DNA from: Podarcis bocagei | Lineage: Eukaryota | Length of the DNA stretch: 64,000 nt | Strand: one strand, 5' to 3' | NCBI GenBank assembly: GCA_964188305.1 | Contig: OZ076890.1 | In this document: one piece after another, positions 38,400 to 52,030 of the stretch | How the letters are laid out: each line of letters opens with the position of its first letter | Numbering within the stretch: the stretch's first letter is position 1 | Notes under the pieces: generated by a model | What the model saw: only the letters and a program-made list of their open reading frames with translations | Database searches by the model: none | What the model was told of the DNA's origin: nothing | Program-made: the position numbers and the translations under genes

Positions 38400-38700
38400 A
38401 ACTGCCTCTGAAGACGGTTTGGAAACGTCATCTGGTGCAGAATTTGGGGGCTAGGTTGCTCACCGGGGCAAGAGGGTTTGAACATACTGCACTGATCCTG
38501 ACACAATTGCACTGGCTGCCAGTTAGTTTCCAGGTCCAAATAAAAGTGCTGGTTTTGATTTACAGAGCTTTAAGTGACTCAGGACTGCAATAATTCAAGG
38601 ACCACCTCTCCCCATATGAACCAACCTGGACCTACAGTCATCATCTGAGGCCCATCTTTGTGTGCCTCCTCCACTAAGCGCTAGGACTTCGGCTGGTTAA
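38400..38700 (+). mobile_element. Decayed L2 LINE fragment
   Basis: TTGCACTGGCTGCCAGTTAGTTTCCAGGTCCAA (LHWLPV motif). Confidence 0.6.
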
Positions 38701-41700
38701 CATTCTGTGGCTTATTGAATATGTTTATGGGAGTGGGGGTATTGGTTTGCTTTTGCGTATTTTTTGTGTATTTGGTGTTCTCATTTTCTTTCCATCCTTT
38801 CTAACGTGATGATTATTTTTAAGGCATTTCATGTTTTTTTAGAATTGTGTTATTTGAATGGACCAAAAGCCATTGTTTCCAGCTCCTTCAAAGGAAAGCC
38901 ATTTACCCACCAGATCAATTCACATTTTCCAGATCAGCATGCCACAGGCGAAGAGAAGGTGGGTCAGATGCTTGAATAATTCAAACTAAGTCATGTGCTT
39001 TGGAAGAAAAAAGAAGCACCTCGTGTTCTCTCACCAGTGTGTCCTAGAGGAAAATACCTTTCTGATGCTAAATGTGGCAGTCAGTTGTAGGCTGAGTATC
39101 CTAAAACCTGCCCACTAAATCTTCCCCCAAAGTAAATTACATTGGGGAGAAGGCCAACTATCGAACATCCTAGTTAGCAATCTTTCTGAAATACCAGCAC
39201 AAGCAAGAGAAGATAATAGTACCATGACAGTGAAGAACAGTATCATAAATCCAGTGGATCACAATTGAAGTATTTTTTAAAATCACTTATAAATTTCATT
39301 AATCTCTCTTTTTGGAACCCTTTGATATATTTTTCATTTGTAGTTGTATAAAAATGTTACGCCTCTAATAGGTTAAAATATGTTTTAGGTTTGTGCTTTG
39401 TGTTCTGCCCAGATGCGGTGGGCCGGGAGCTTAGCATGCGTGAACAACAGGTAGACTATTATCAGACCTGCGGAATAGTTCTCACTTACAAAACATGTAC
39501 AAATTCAGATTTCAATAAGTGAATTTTGCATTAACTTTAAATCCTCATGTTGATGTCAAGCTTACTTTGAGAACAGAATGTTTATTTCCCTTGATTCGGA
39601 ATTTCAATAGTTTTGTATGTGCCAAGTATGAGCAAGCTAAATGTGGTCTCTTTGAAAGGGAAAGTGTATTAAATCTGTCTATAATTGTAATGTAGAACAT
39701 GAATGTACATAATAGAATCCTAAATCTAGAGAGAGAATTTGAGAACCAGAAAACATTTCCTGTGCCATAATGGTTTAAGCAAGCACATTTATTGTAATGC
39801 ACATGTGAGTGCCTGCACATATGTGCTGATGTATAATGTGTTTTTTAAGAAGTTCGTCTCAGACAATAAATACTGAAGCCCCCCAAATTTAGTGACAACC
39901 GATGACTCACTCTGTCTCATGTCAAAACAATGCACTTTAGTAATTTTCTCATCCCTTGAGAGCCTATTAAACACTAAACAAATGCCTTGGAATGTAACTG
40001 ATTGAGTGTTTAAATTATGTGCTTTTGCCTGGCCCTGTGCCAGCTTCTCACTGCAAAGGATTACAGCAAAGCAAGACCCGTGATTTACATTGACAATGAT
40101 AATATGCAGTTTGCTTTGCTGGCATCTTGGCTGTGTGTATTTTGAGACAAAGCGTCCAAACAAAGTTTGCATTCTTAGCCTAAATAATTTGAGATCTAAG
40201 CATTAAGCTCTTTTAATTAGGTGTGCACAATAGATGAGATAGGCTTCTGGTTTTCCTTATTCACGGGGAACAAAAAGTAGGTAATTTTTTTGTTACTCTT
40301 ACAAAGTACTTTGATATAGTACTCAACATCTATATAGTACTTTTGGGTGTTCAAAGCACTCCACGTCCTTATTTTCAGCAGCCCATAAAACAACCCTTCA
40401 AGGTGGGGCAGTATCTATTTTGCCCATACTACACCATCCAAATCCTAACATGTTCCACCTAACAGAATGGGGGCTGAGAGTGAGCGGTCCAGTGAGTTTT
40501 AATATTCAGATAAGATTTGCATGGAAAGTTTGCCTGGCCTTGTGCACTTGAAAGAGAAGAATGCTGAGCGAGGACAAATGTCCTGTCCATTCTACGGGAT
40601 GTGTTAGACAAAGTGCTCAGCATGAGCATGCTGGAAAGAGTATCTGCCATCCCCAGTGGTGGTTTGAACTGCAAAAGTCACTCACAGCTCAACTGCATGC
40701 TCATCAGTCCTCCCATGATGCACCATTTCCCCCTTAAACCTACCTGGATGCTGAAGGCACTGATGGGCCTATGGAGCCTATGGGTACAAGTCTCTTGAAA
40801 GACCTAACCCTTAAGACAACATTTTAGCTGCCATCACATCTGGTGACACCATTTAATGTTTGCCGTTGTATCAGCATTCTGCACCTATGCATTCAGTAGA
40901 AATATTTTTGTGTGAGTTTGAGGTTTTTAAAAGCCATGGAGTAAAGCCAGATAAGCCAGTGGAGAGTTGCTTTTTATTTGAGTGGTGGTAAAAGTGCTCA
41001 GAGAAATTGTTGTCTTGTGCTCAGTACTTCTTGATAGATATTTCAGGCCTACAGATGTTGGTATTTGGCAAAAGCATGGTCATGGTGGGTCTCTTACCAC
41101 TTACTTACAAAACTCATGAAATACGCTTAGCTGTGGCCTTGGTCAAAGCTTTTTCCAGCAGTGTTGAAAGTAGAGACTAATGGTCTGTGGGAAGAGTAGT
41201 TTACTGATTTCATTTATGTTATTTTGTTTTATTGATTCAGTCTTTAATTGTCTTGTGCTTGGGGGTGGGGAGAACACAAAACCCTAATTACAAATTGAGG
41301 TATAAGTCTTCGCTGAAGTTGGTATGAATTCAGAGTTAAGTTTGAAATTATGCTTCCTGGAGTACATAGACAAATCACTGAATTTATTATAGGTGAAGGT
41401 ATTTAAATTGCAACATTAAGTTCATGAAAACTTTTGATTGCATGAAAATTGATGTGAAGGCACTAATGATTCGTTCTTGTGGTTGTGGTCTCTTTCTTAG
41501 TCTCCATATTGAAGAGAGGATTGCTCTACATTCTTACTAGGGAACAGGAAAATTGAATTATTGGTGCATGGCGAATGCTCTTCCAGCCTTTGGCTTTTTT
41601 ATCCTTTGATTTATTTGTACTTTTAAAAGATGTATTGTTTCTGTGCCGTTATTTTAACCTTTCATTATGCACTAGGATCTTTGTGAAAATCTTTGAATCA

Positions 41701-42597
41701 TGTGGATTTTGACAAGAGTATGCTTTCCCAACATCTGTTGAAAGTTATGCTATGAAGTGGTAGACTGTTCTTCAAATGCTAGCATGAAGTCATTAGTCTG
41801 TGTGCATCACTTCCTTGAGCCTATCTTTATGCTGTAGTGGTTAAAGTATTTGGGCTCTCCCACTGGGGTGTTATATAGAGCTAAACTTGTGCTTGTGGAG
41901 GGTCTTGCTCACTCACCTACAAAACACAAGATACCCATGAAAAAGGTCAAATGTACAGAGATCTGGCATCCATTTCACAACTTGGAAGACATAGTCTTCA
42001 GCATATGTAATACATACAACTTGCCAGAAAGCAAAAAGGAAATGATTGCATTTGAGTACAATGCATTCTTCAACAATAGCTCAATGTGTATGAAATTGGA
42101 GTCTGCTGGACATATATGTCAACTAAATAAGTCAACAGTGTTTACGTGCCGTTAGCATTCTATAAAGCCAAGTTAATGTTATATGTAAATATCCTTGGGA
42201 ATCTTAATTTCTTAAAAATGTAAATAGTGGTAGTATGAAGTACTCTGAGTCTGCAAACTATCGAAAGAAATGCTGTATGATACAATATGTGGTTTCTATA
42301 GCATTCCATATGAATGCTAACAGTCTTGATCTTGCATTGAGCATAGAATTAATTTCAGTTTATTTCATTTCAGCATTCTAGGAGAGAATGGATCTTTTAA
42401 ATAGTTTGAAATCAAGAAGGTTCAGTATATAACAGTTTGCATTCAGAATAATTTGCAGATTTTGCTTTATTCAAAAAGCTATGTTGGGAATTTCAAATTA
42501 CATAGCATGGCTTACCTTCCTACCACACTCTGAAGGCACTTCCAGATAGTGAGGGAGGGGGTCGTAAGGTACATTTTCCCCACCTGCCAAAGATGAT

Positions 42598-42598
<1 letters not shown>

Positions 42599-42642
<44 letters not shown>
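42599..42642. repeat. (GT)n microsatellite
   Basis: Direct reading. Confidence 0.95.
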
Positions 42643-42644
<2 letters not shown>

Positions 42645-43038
42645 AGTGTAACTGTCCCAAGGAGCAGTTGCATATGTACTCGAGTTTCTTTGGATTAATC
42701 AGGTAAAAATTATTCCCTCTGATTACAATCCCATGTGGTTGAGTGCCAGTGAGATTTGATCTAAAACTGGGCTGCTGAGAAAATAGAGGGAGATGTCAGT
42801 TTGCTTGAGTGAACTCTGCAGTATACAATATAAAACATTTTCAAAAGACTCCAAAGGGAGAAACTCCATCCTCAAATAGCCAAATGAGGTGAACCTTCAA
42901 TGGCCTCCAGGACCCTAAAAATATTGAGTGTCACTTGGAAAAAACAAATAAAAAACTAGCGGAAGAGTGAGTTGATCCCCTTTCTGCTTATAATGCCTTG
43001 AAGTATGCTATAGCTGACTGGAACCCTGTACAGGAGAT

Positions 43039-43408
43039 CAGGGACGCGGACTTAGAAAAAATATTGGGGGGGCCCGGGAAAGCTCATGAATAATAAATAA
43101 GCTCATGAATATGCAAATAAAGTGGCTCCGGCCCTAAATAGGGCAAGTCACGCCCCCCAAGCCAGCCGATTGGCTGGCTGGGAGGTGTGGCCAGTCGGGA
43201 TTCCCCTGTTCTCGCGGGATTTCCGGCAGTGCCTCCGATTAGGGCGCGCGGCTGGCTGGCGAAGGAGCAGGTGGGGAGGAGGCGGGGGACGGCGGCGGCG
43301 CTCTGCTGGAAGGGCGCCCGCCTGAGATTATTGGGGGGCTGAGCCCCCCCAAAAAAATTTTTTGAGGGGGCTCGAGCCCCCTCAAGCCCCATGGAGTCGG
43401 CGCCTATG
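43039..43408. mobile_element. Non-autonomous hAT element, GC/CpG-rich
   Basis: Perfect 8-bp TSD CAGGAGAT (43031-43038, 43409-43416); imperfect TIRs CAGGGACGCGGACT / AGTCGGCGCCTATG. Confidence 0.85.
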
Positions 43409-45369
43409 CAGGAGATCTCCTGTCATGGGGTAAGGATGTGCTGCAACATTTTATTGCCAGCCCCACTTGTTACTTAAAATTCTGAAACGGAGATTTCCTT
43501 AGCTGAACAGCAGGACAGCATAATTTGCTGCGATTACAGGAATTCAGTTTTATGCATGGTAATATTTTTATGAAACTTTTAAACTTTGCTAGTCTACAAT
43601 GTGCTTTCCTTTTGTTTAGAGGAAGCAAATGTTGAGGAATGACGTCCAAGTGCATAAGCACAGAGACATTTTGGAGGTCCTCAAGGAAAATTTCCTCAAC
43701 CAGGATAGGTTGTGTAGCTCCAAATAAACCAGGATGTGTTGAATTGAGTGTGTACATTAGGGATAGGCAATGTGGTGCCCTCCAATGTGGTTTTTGGACT
43801 ACAGATCCCATCATCCCAACATGCTGGCTGGCACTGATGGAAGTTGTAGTCCAACACTGTCTGGCTACCCCTCGTCTACTTTTTCAGTTGTAGACAAGGG
43901 CATCTGATGACAAATACATGTTTTTGAAAGGACTGGTGTGATTAAGTGCATACACTCTATGAATCATTAATAAAGGCTGGCAATCATTGAGAAAGGAGGA
44001 AAAACATTTTGTGAGGCTGTCACAAACAAATGATATGAAGCTGCCATTGCATTGTGCCGTTGCACAAGTTTTAAGCTGGAAATGTCTATATCAAATATCT
44101 GCCCAACCATGAACTCACTGGTTAACCTTCACTGCTACTCTTAGATAAACGCCATCACCTGTAAATATGGCTGAGGAAATGTAACTGAAATGCTATGAGC
44201 ACTTAAAAACTAAGTATTGGAGTTCTTACATATATAGAAGTGGTGCTGATTCTAATTGAAAGTATGCATGCTGACAATTCTGCAGAGATTTGATGCTGAA
44301 CATGCATTTCTTTTGGCTTAAGAGGCCATGTTTCCTGCAGATGGGCGATAAAGTTTTCAGCCTTTGCTATCGGACTTAGCTAATTATGCTAACAAAATAA
44401 CAGTCAGTAGCTTAAACCAGTGTACCATTATAAGAATGTTTGTGTATGTTACAATTGTGTCCCTTTTTACTAAGAAGTCTCCCAATTTTCTAAGCCCTGA
44501 CCCTGTAACCACTCTCCATGTTTTGCCTTTTGTAGGGAGATCCTAGTGTTACCTTTACAAATGTTATTACCAAATGTAAGTTGCTGTCTCTGTTTCTGAG
44601 CCTGTTTAATTTGTAAGTTTCACTGGGATGAACAGCACTTACTCCCAAGTATGTGTGCGTATGTCTGAGCTGAGAACAAAGTATTACTAGCATTGGCTGA
44701 TGTTCAGTATTCAAGTGAAGTATGCTGGAATTGATAGATTGCCTTAATTAGTCTGTTTTCTTTCAGTATTTTGATGCAGCTGCCACTGAAAATTGACCTC
44801 CCACTTGACCTCAAACAGTTAAACAACAACAACAATAATGAATCAAAAACCCATTAAGCATGATTTTATCATAAATTTGTTTACATCCACTATGCCTTTC
44901 CTGTCCTTGACTGTTCTCCTATTCTAATTCTATTGTATATTCACAAAAATAGTATTCCTGCAAAAAACTGCAGGGTCATTTTTATACCTAAACATTTCAC
45001 AGCCAACATTTTCTAAACCAACTGCAAAACGAATGAGTGTTCATTAAGCAATTAGCATTTCCTTCCTCTAATCCTCCATGAAACCCTCTGAAAGTTTTGC
45101 TGGGAGTTACCAAAAGTTGTGGACCGAGTTGTACAGGGCTGCAGCTGGAGATGAAATTATTTCCCCAAAGCGGGTGGAAGAGTCATGCTCTCATGTGGGG
45201 TGGGATTTTCCTGCTGTGTTTGGGGTGATTCATTTCCTCCCAGCTATAGCACTGTCCCAACTCCTCCCACAAAGATGGTGAGTCTCCTCAACCTCCTGGG
45301 AGGACTTTTAGAGAAGTGGTAAGTATGCAATCTAAGTTAGCGGAAGCACAACAATGATAGTCCTTGTCC

Positions 45370-46010
45370 ATGTTTGGACACCGTCTGTTATTTTGAACCA
45401 AGATGGTAGACACCAACATCAACTTGGTGTGACTTTGCCCATTTTTGGCATAGGTTTGGTTGCCTCTCTTGATGCTGTTGCCAGATTTGGCACAAGGGTT
45501 CTTGAGGTTGGATGGCAGACTTCAACACTGTTTGGACATGAGGTGTTGTTTCAAATCAACAAAGCAGACTGTGCCCACACTTGGGACGAGGGTTCCTGAG
45601 CTAAGGGTCTGTGTTGACATTTGGATGCCAGGCACCATTTTGAATCAAGATGGTGAACCAAAACGTGACATTCGTGTGACTGAACCCATTTTTGGGTATA
45701 CATTTGGCTGCCACATGAGATATTGTCACTAACCCAGCACAAGGGCTCCTGAGCTAGGAGTGGCAGTCTTTATCAGTGTTTGGATGCCTGACATCTTGAT
45801 TCAAGGTGACAATCCAAAACATGACTTTGGCATAACTTCACCTGTTTTTTGGCACGTTTAGTCATCTGTCAATATATTGTCACCAAACTTGGTACAAGCG
45901 TTCCTGAGGTTGTTTTTGTGTGTGTTGAGGTTTGGATGGCAGGTACCATTTTGAATCAATATGGTGGACCAATATTTTACTTCAGTGTGATTTCACCCAA
46001 ATTTTTGTGT
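45370..46010. repeat. Degenerate tandem array of ~150-250-bp units
   Basis: Units begin TTTGGA at 45373, 45620, 45779 and 45931 and share CCATTTTGAATCAAGATGG-like and CACAAGGGTTCCTGAG-like motifs. Confidence 0.75.
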
Positions 46011-47509
46011 GACAGGCCCAAACTCACAAAGTACAGAATCCATTTTAAAATCACAACAGTTTCTGCTTTCTAAAAATTCCCAGGCACTCCCTGCTTCCCT
46101 GCTGTGTGTGTGTGTAACATCAGCTTGTGTACTATCATAATAAAGGAGCCGTGCCTTAACTTGTGTGAGAGCTTTCTCACTCTGGTAGGCAATTGCTAAG
46201 AGATCCTGATGGCGACATCACTTGGCAAATGTTTTGGATATTATTCAAGATGTGACATCATGCTCCTTTAGGGTTTTCCACATAAAATGAGCACTCCAAA
46301 GAAAACACAAATCTAAAATCTATTATTGCATTCTCTAAGGTCTCATTAGCCACCTCCGTTTTTCCTTTCCAGACAGATATTGGTTACAAATAATAATTGT
46401 AAACTGTTTCCAACTATTAAAACAACAACAAATTTTAATTAGATAATCCACTACTTCTAAAAGCTTGTATATTTGCTGTCTTTCTTTGCAGTTTTGTACT
46501 GATTTGTTTGCAGATGATGCAGCATTCTGTTACATTTAATCAAAACCATTCCCCCCCCCCATTCCTAGCCTTTACATTTGATGATTTTTCTGCTGTACTG
46601 TCTTTTCTGTGTAGTGATTTGGAGATCTGTACTTGTATTTGGAAAAGTGCGCTCAAAAACCCAGCTTTGGATTTTGACTCTTCAAGTATCAGCATTGCAT
46701 AAACTTGTGCATGGGCAGAGTGCCTACTATCTTTTTTATAAAAAAAAGCTCCCTCTTTTATTTATGCCCCATGCCCAGCTGTATTTATTTATAATTTTGT
46801 ATTAATTTAGAACATTTCTTCTGCTGTTAACAAGATCAGCAACGAAGTATTTTTGAATTTTAGTCGGTAAATATTTGAGTACTTGGAGAGAGAGCCTGTG
46901 AGCTTTCTATAGCAGACGTTAAAGGAAAAAGGTGTAGCAGGAAGGGTGAATGTTGCAAATGGTGCCAGGATACATGAAACATGAGGTTATGCCGGCAAAG
47001 AGAGGAAGTATTATCTTGTATGCATCATGTGAGGTTAGAATGGGCTTGACGTTCTCACACCCAGACATTTCCATCTGGAAGCTGTTCTGAGCAATGGGAT
47101 ACAGAGACCATGTTCTCATACTTTTGAGAATCAAGTGTAGCTGTCCGGGGAATAGGAAATGCGACCGTAATATTTTCCTCTTCTCTTTGGGGGATTTTTC
47201 TTCTTCTTCTTTTTTTTTTTAGAATTAATTACTGTTGTGAAATGTAGGCCATTTTCAAAAAAATGACAAAAAAGCCATTTTTGTCTCTTCTCATGTGAGT
47301 TGGTGAGGAACCATTGTATCTGAATCCATAAAGAGATTTCCTCAGTATATTTGGTTAGCTTCGTCTCCTGCTGCACATTTTAGGCTGCCTTCGTTTTCCT
47401 TATTGCTTATGTTCTACAGATGAATTTTGCTGCAGTCCTCAAAGCACTGTCAGCTGCTCTGAGCATGCATTGTAAATAATAATAATAATAATAATGCAGC
47501 AATACAGTA

Positions 47510-47724
47510 CAGTGGTACCTCGGGTTACATACGCTTCAGGTTACAGACTCCGCTAACCCAGAAATAGTACCTCGGGTTAAGAACTTTGCTTCAGGATGAG
47601 AACAGAAATCATGCCGTGGCAGCGGGAGGCCCCATTAGCTAAAGTGGTGCTTCAGGTTAAGAACAGTTTCAGGTTAAGTACGGACCTCTGGAACAAATTA
47701 AGTACTTAACCCAAGGTACCACTG
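47510..47724. mobile_element. Tigger/pogo-like MITE, same family
   Basis: TIRs, TA TSD, shared interior. Confidence 0.88.
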
Positions 47725-48674
47725 TATATAGTTGGACTGAATCCACAACATGGTTCCTGCCACAGAATCCTGTTGCAGAGGCAGCTGAGCTGGCCCCTGC
47801 ACCGTGCTATGTAATACAGGCCTAGGTGGGCCTTCACTTTGCTTTTGCAGGGCTCATATAATGTTTTTTTGACCCAGGCTGATGCATGACTGCAACAGTC
47901 CACAAGACCGTCTTTTACTGTCTACTCAGTCTTTGGAATATTTTTGGTCTGGTTTTCACCCTAGATGCTTCCACTGGCCTCAAAAGAAGGATGCAGCCCT
48001 CTATGTATATCACAGATATACTGGTTCCAAATACGCTGCAGTTGATGCTGTGTTCTAACTTCTCCGTTTGGGGTCGTGTTGTGTATTACTGTAAATATAT
48101 GAGTTACTAGGCTTACTAGAATTTGATTCTTAACATATTTAAACTCTTGTACAGTCCTTCTCACTAAGAAACGTTATTGCTGGATTGACATGGGAGGCCA
48201 TTTCGGTGTCATTGAATTCCCTTTCTACTTCTGTAACATCTGTAGGGCAAAAAGCCTCATTGTTGAAGTAAGTGATGTGTTCTCTTCCTATAACAGCTGC
48301 ATGGGTGGGACCTATATCATTCAAATGACCCACAAGACAATGATTCCATGGATGTAACTGGAGAGGCAAAACTTACCAACAACATAAAGGTGATTGCCAC
48401 ATCACTAGCATCATGTGTGAATTGGACTTGAAATATAAGTTTTTGTGACTGGAAGGAGACCTTAAAGACTTGTTCGGGTTATATCAACATTTACTACAAA
48501 TTTATCTCTCTGCCTTTGCACTACCAAAAGAAGAAGAAGAAGATAATTCTCAAGAAAAACCAGAAGAGGCCTTTTCCACAAAGAGGAAGGAAATATGGGA
48601 GATGGGGAAGTACAAGGGGGGGGGGGGAGAGATACATTTCTAGGATGATATTAAAAGGCTAGCAGGCTCTATTA

Positions 48675-48933
48675 CCGTATTTTTCGCTCTATAAGATGCA
48701 CCAGACTATAAGACGCACCTAGTTTTTGTAGGAGGAAAACAAGAAAAAAAATATTCTGAATCCCAGAAGCCAGAACAGCAAGAGGGATCATTGCGCAGCG
48801 AAAGCAGCGATCCCTCTTGCTGTTCTGGCTTCTGGGATAGCTGCGCAGCCTGCATTCGCTCCATAAGACACACACACATTTCCCCTTACTTTTTAGGAGG
48901 GAAAAGGTGAGTCTTATAGAGCAAAAAATACAG
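48675..48933. mobile_element. Tc1/mariner-superfamily MITE related to 165-592
   Basis: TIRs CCGTATTTTTCGCTCTATAAGA ... TCTTATAGAGCAAAAAATACAG, TA TSD, and an internal 29-bp perfect inverted repeat. Confidence 0.85.
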
Positions 48934-49095
48934 TAACTTTACCGCATTATGTCACGAAAGGTCATGCAGTACATACCCCATAACATGTTCTTGATGTGTT
49001 CAAATGTTGGATACAAATCAGGAGTATATTTTTTAAAGGTACTTACAAAGCACTAAGATTTTGAAGTCTACTTGGTAGCTTTAAATATGTCCTAC

Positions 49096-49274
49096 CTTTC
49101 TTGTTCTTGTTCCAGTAAATTGGTAAACTCATCGCTTTTCTCCATGTACTCTGCATGTTTCCTCTTCTCCTCCTCCAGATCGTACAGGGTTTGCCTGTGA
49201 GATTTTTCTACCATTAAGAGCTGTTCCAGCATCCGCCTGTGAGTTTCTTTATGCTTCTCAGCAACTTTGTCAAG
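49096..49274 (-). CDS. FILIP1L: FILIP1L third coding exon (179 nt, [14 protein letters not shown]...LLEQEQE-R)
   Basis: Matches the FILIP1L segment [17 protein letters not shown]. Acceptor ttttcAG, donor GAAAG|gtagga; ends in phase 2. Confidence 0.96.
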
Positions 49275-50959
49275 CTGAAAAGAATAACACAGTACTGTGA
49301 TTTCCTTCATTTCTGTAGGGGTTTTTTTTTGTGGGGGGAGAACAGTCATTTTAATTATTGATTTTGCCAGGAAGTAACATTAGTAATATCTATGGGGGGA
49401 TTAAATTGGTACAGGCCTTATCCTAAAGAATGTATTACTCAGCTTCCATTGTGTTAATTTAGGGATTCTTAAAGGGCAAGAAGATGAGTTGAAGAGCACA
49501 GGCCTTCAGGTTTCTGTCTGGTTCTGATAAATCCCCCTACCAGCAACATACTCAACTCAGGACTATGACCTTCCTCTATTCCCTCATTTGAGAACCCAGT
49601 GAGACTCCCTGTAGGTTGTGCCACCTTACTTTTTAGTTCTTGATCTTACTGATGACACCAGATACTGGTGAGGTGCCTTAGTACTTTCTGATTTGGTTCC
49701 CAGTGTGCTTCTGTACGAACATGATTTATTCAAATGTTTTGTCTTATTTGGAAACTTCCCTTCCCCTTTTGGCTCGGTGCTTAATTGATGGAGTGCTCTT
49801 TGTCTAGCTGTGATGCATATTAACTTTTTGTTCAGTCTAGGAAGGCAAGAGGCCCAGTTCCATGTAATTATTAGTTTCAGCTTCCCTATGAAGTGATGAA
49901 AGTTCTTTGCTGCTTCTGCTGCTGTTATACTAATGAACTGAACAAGAGCCTAATGAAGGGAAATATAAAAACAGAACAGATTTCTCTTATTCTTTAGTAT
50001 TTTGCCAGAGCTGGAAGCCCTTTGACCAAGATAGTCTAGACTTCATACTTTTGTCAGAAGGTCTGTCTCGGTGGGATTTTTCTGATCTGCAACAGATATT
50101 TTGTTGGGTTTTTTTCTCTCTACATACAAAACTACCTTTCTGATAAATTTGTCTGCAATCAGTCATAAATTTGTGAGGCCAGAGTGAATTCTTTTAAAAA
50201 AAATCAGGCCAAAGTAGTTGATTATTTTTTATTTATGTTGGCATTTGTACAGCCCTTCAGTGACGCATGTAATTCATGGCCTTGCATGGTAGTTAAGGGC
50301 TACAGCGCAAGCACAGTACTGTTTTAAACTTGCTATTGGTGGTTCGGTGCCAGAGAGTTAAAGATAGTTCAAGAGTAGCTGTTTCCCAGGAGAAAGAAGG
50401 CAAGGAGAGGATGGTTTTCATAAAACCTAGCTAAATCAATCTTACTTTAGTTGCATGTAACTTGTTGCATTCAACTAGTGACCCCAGGAGGGGATGTGTA
50501 TCCATATTTGCACCAGAAGCTCAGTTTATATCAGTTATATTAGGATTCAGATGAGAGTCATGATATCAAGGAAGATGTATATCTACAGTCATGGGTTCAG
50601 CAGTCTGCTTAAGTGCACAGATCTTCCCTGCTACTTAAGATGAATGTATAATTTTGAAAGTGCTGTGTTGCACATGTTAACTTAAGTTATTCTCATTATC
50701 CAGGTAAATGACGACTAATCTGCTATAACTACTCTAAGCTTGTCATGCATAAGGAATAATATGGCAATATGGAAATAAGAACCTAAATGTTTTTTAACCA
50801 TATCATTCTCCATCTCAGTAAATGTGTTTCTTACTTACTGTATTTAAATATGGCCCTGTTAGTTATCATACCACTCCCAGAACATGAGCCCGATTCTTGG
50901 GGGTTGGGGGTTGATACCATGAACATAGGCAAATATTTAAACCACCCATTAACAGTGCT

Positions 50960-52030
50960 TTTGTCTTGTCTGGATTGAGCTTCACTTTATTGGCCCTCAT
51001 CTAGTCCATTGCCATTTCCAGGCTCTGATTTATTACTCCCACTGCCTCACCTGTGCTAGATGAAAAGGAACGCAGGGTGTCATCTGCATACTGATGACAC
51101 CACACCCAAATCTCAAAATGACCTCACTCCAGTTGCATGTATATGATTAAAGGGGGGGGGGGTAAAATAGAACCCTGCAGAGACTCTGAGGCATAAATGT
51201 CAAGCAGCAGAGCAAAAATACTCAAGCACCATCTTCTAGAATCAGCACCAAGGCATGAGTGGAGCCACTAGGAAGCAATACCCCAACACTGAACTTGCAC
51301 AGCCTCTCCAAAAGGGTTGTATGGTCAAGACTATCAAATCTATTGAGAGGTCCAAAAGAACAATGTTGCACTTTGCCATCTCTCTCGCAGAAAATGTCAT
51401 CTTTCTATGTGTCCAATCTGGTTTCTACACCAAATCCTGCTTTGAAGTTTGACTGAAAAGGATTTAGATAATTAGTTTCATCCAAAATGTGCTTGGAGTT
51501 GGCTGACAATCACCTACATGATCACCTGTCCCAAGGAAATGTTAGCAATGAGCTGACAGTTGTTCAGGTCTTCTGGGTCCACTGCAGTTTTCTTTAGTAA
51601 TGGTCATACCCTTTAATGTGGCTGGGAGCACCTATCCTCTCAAAGAGGCATTTGCCATCTTCTGTACTCAGACCCACTAGCTGTAATAAGTGAAGCATGG
51701 CAAAGGTTGAACATTCAGGCAGTTAGCCAAGTGCCATGCCCATATTCTGAGTCCTTTATGACCGAAATCCAACAAAATGGAGCCAGATATTGTTCTGGAC
51801 ATCCTTTTTATCTGATCAGCATAAACTGCGGTATCCAAATTGTGGTGGATACAAACCATTTTATCTTCAAATGCTTGCTACCGAGGGATCCTTTACATCT
51901 CCTGTCGGACAAAATCGTAGGAGCCCCTAAACCACACAAAAGCTCTGCAGGGTTGGCACTGTGAAGAGCAGTGGTGGTAGGAAAATTGCTTACTTGTCAC
52001 CAAAACTGCCACACAGTGGGCTCAGTAGTG
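50960..52030 (-). mobile_element. Decayed L2/CR1-clade LINE, reverse-transcriptase region
   Basis: Minus strand reads W-C-H-Q-Y-A-D-D-T-L (YADD at 51079-51090); frameshifted remnants surround it; boundaries approximate. Confidence 0.75.

Noticed and set aside
45370-46010. CRISPR-like repeat-spacer array
   Set aside because: Eukaryotic context; the units are long and degenerate along their whole length, with no constant repeat/unique spacer pattern and no cas genes.
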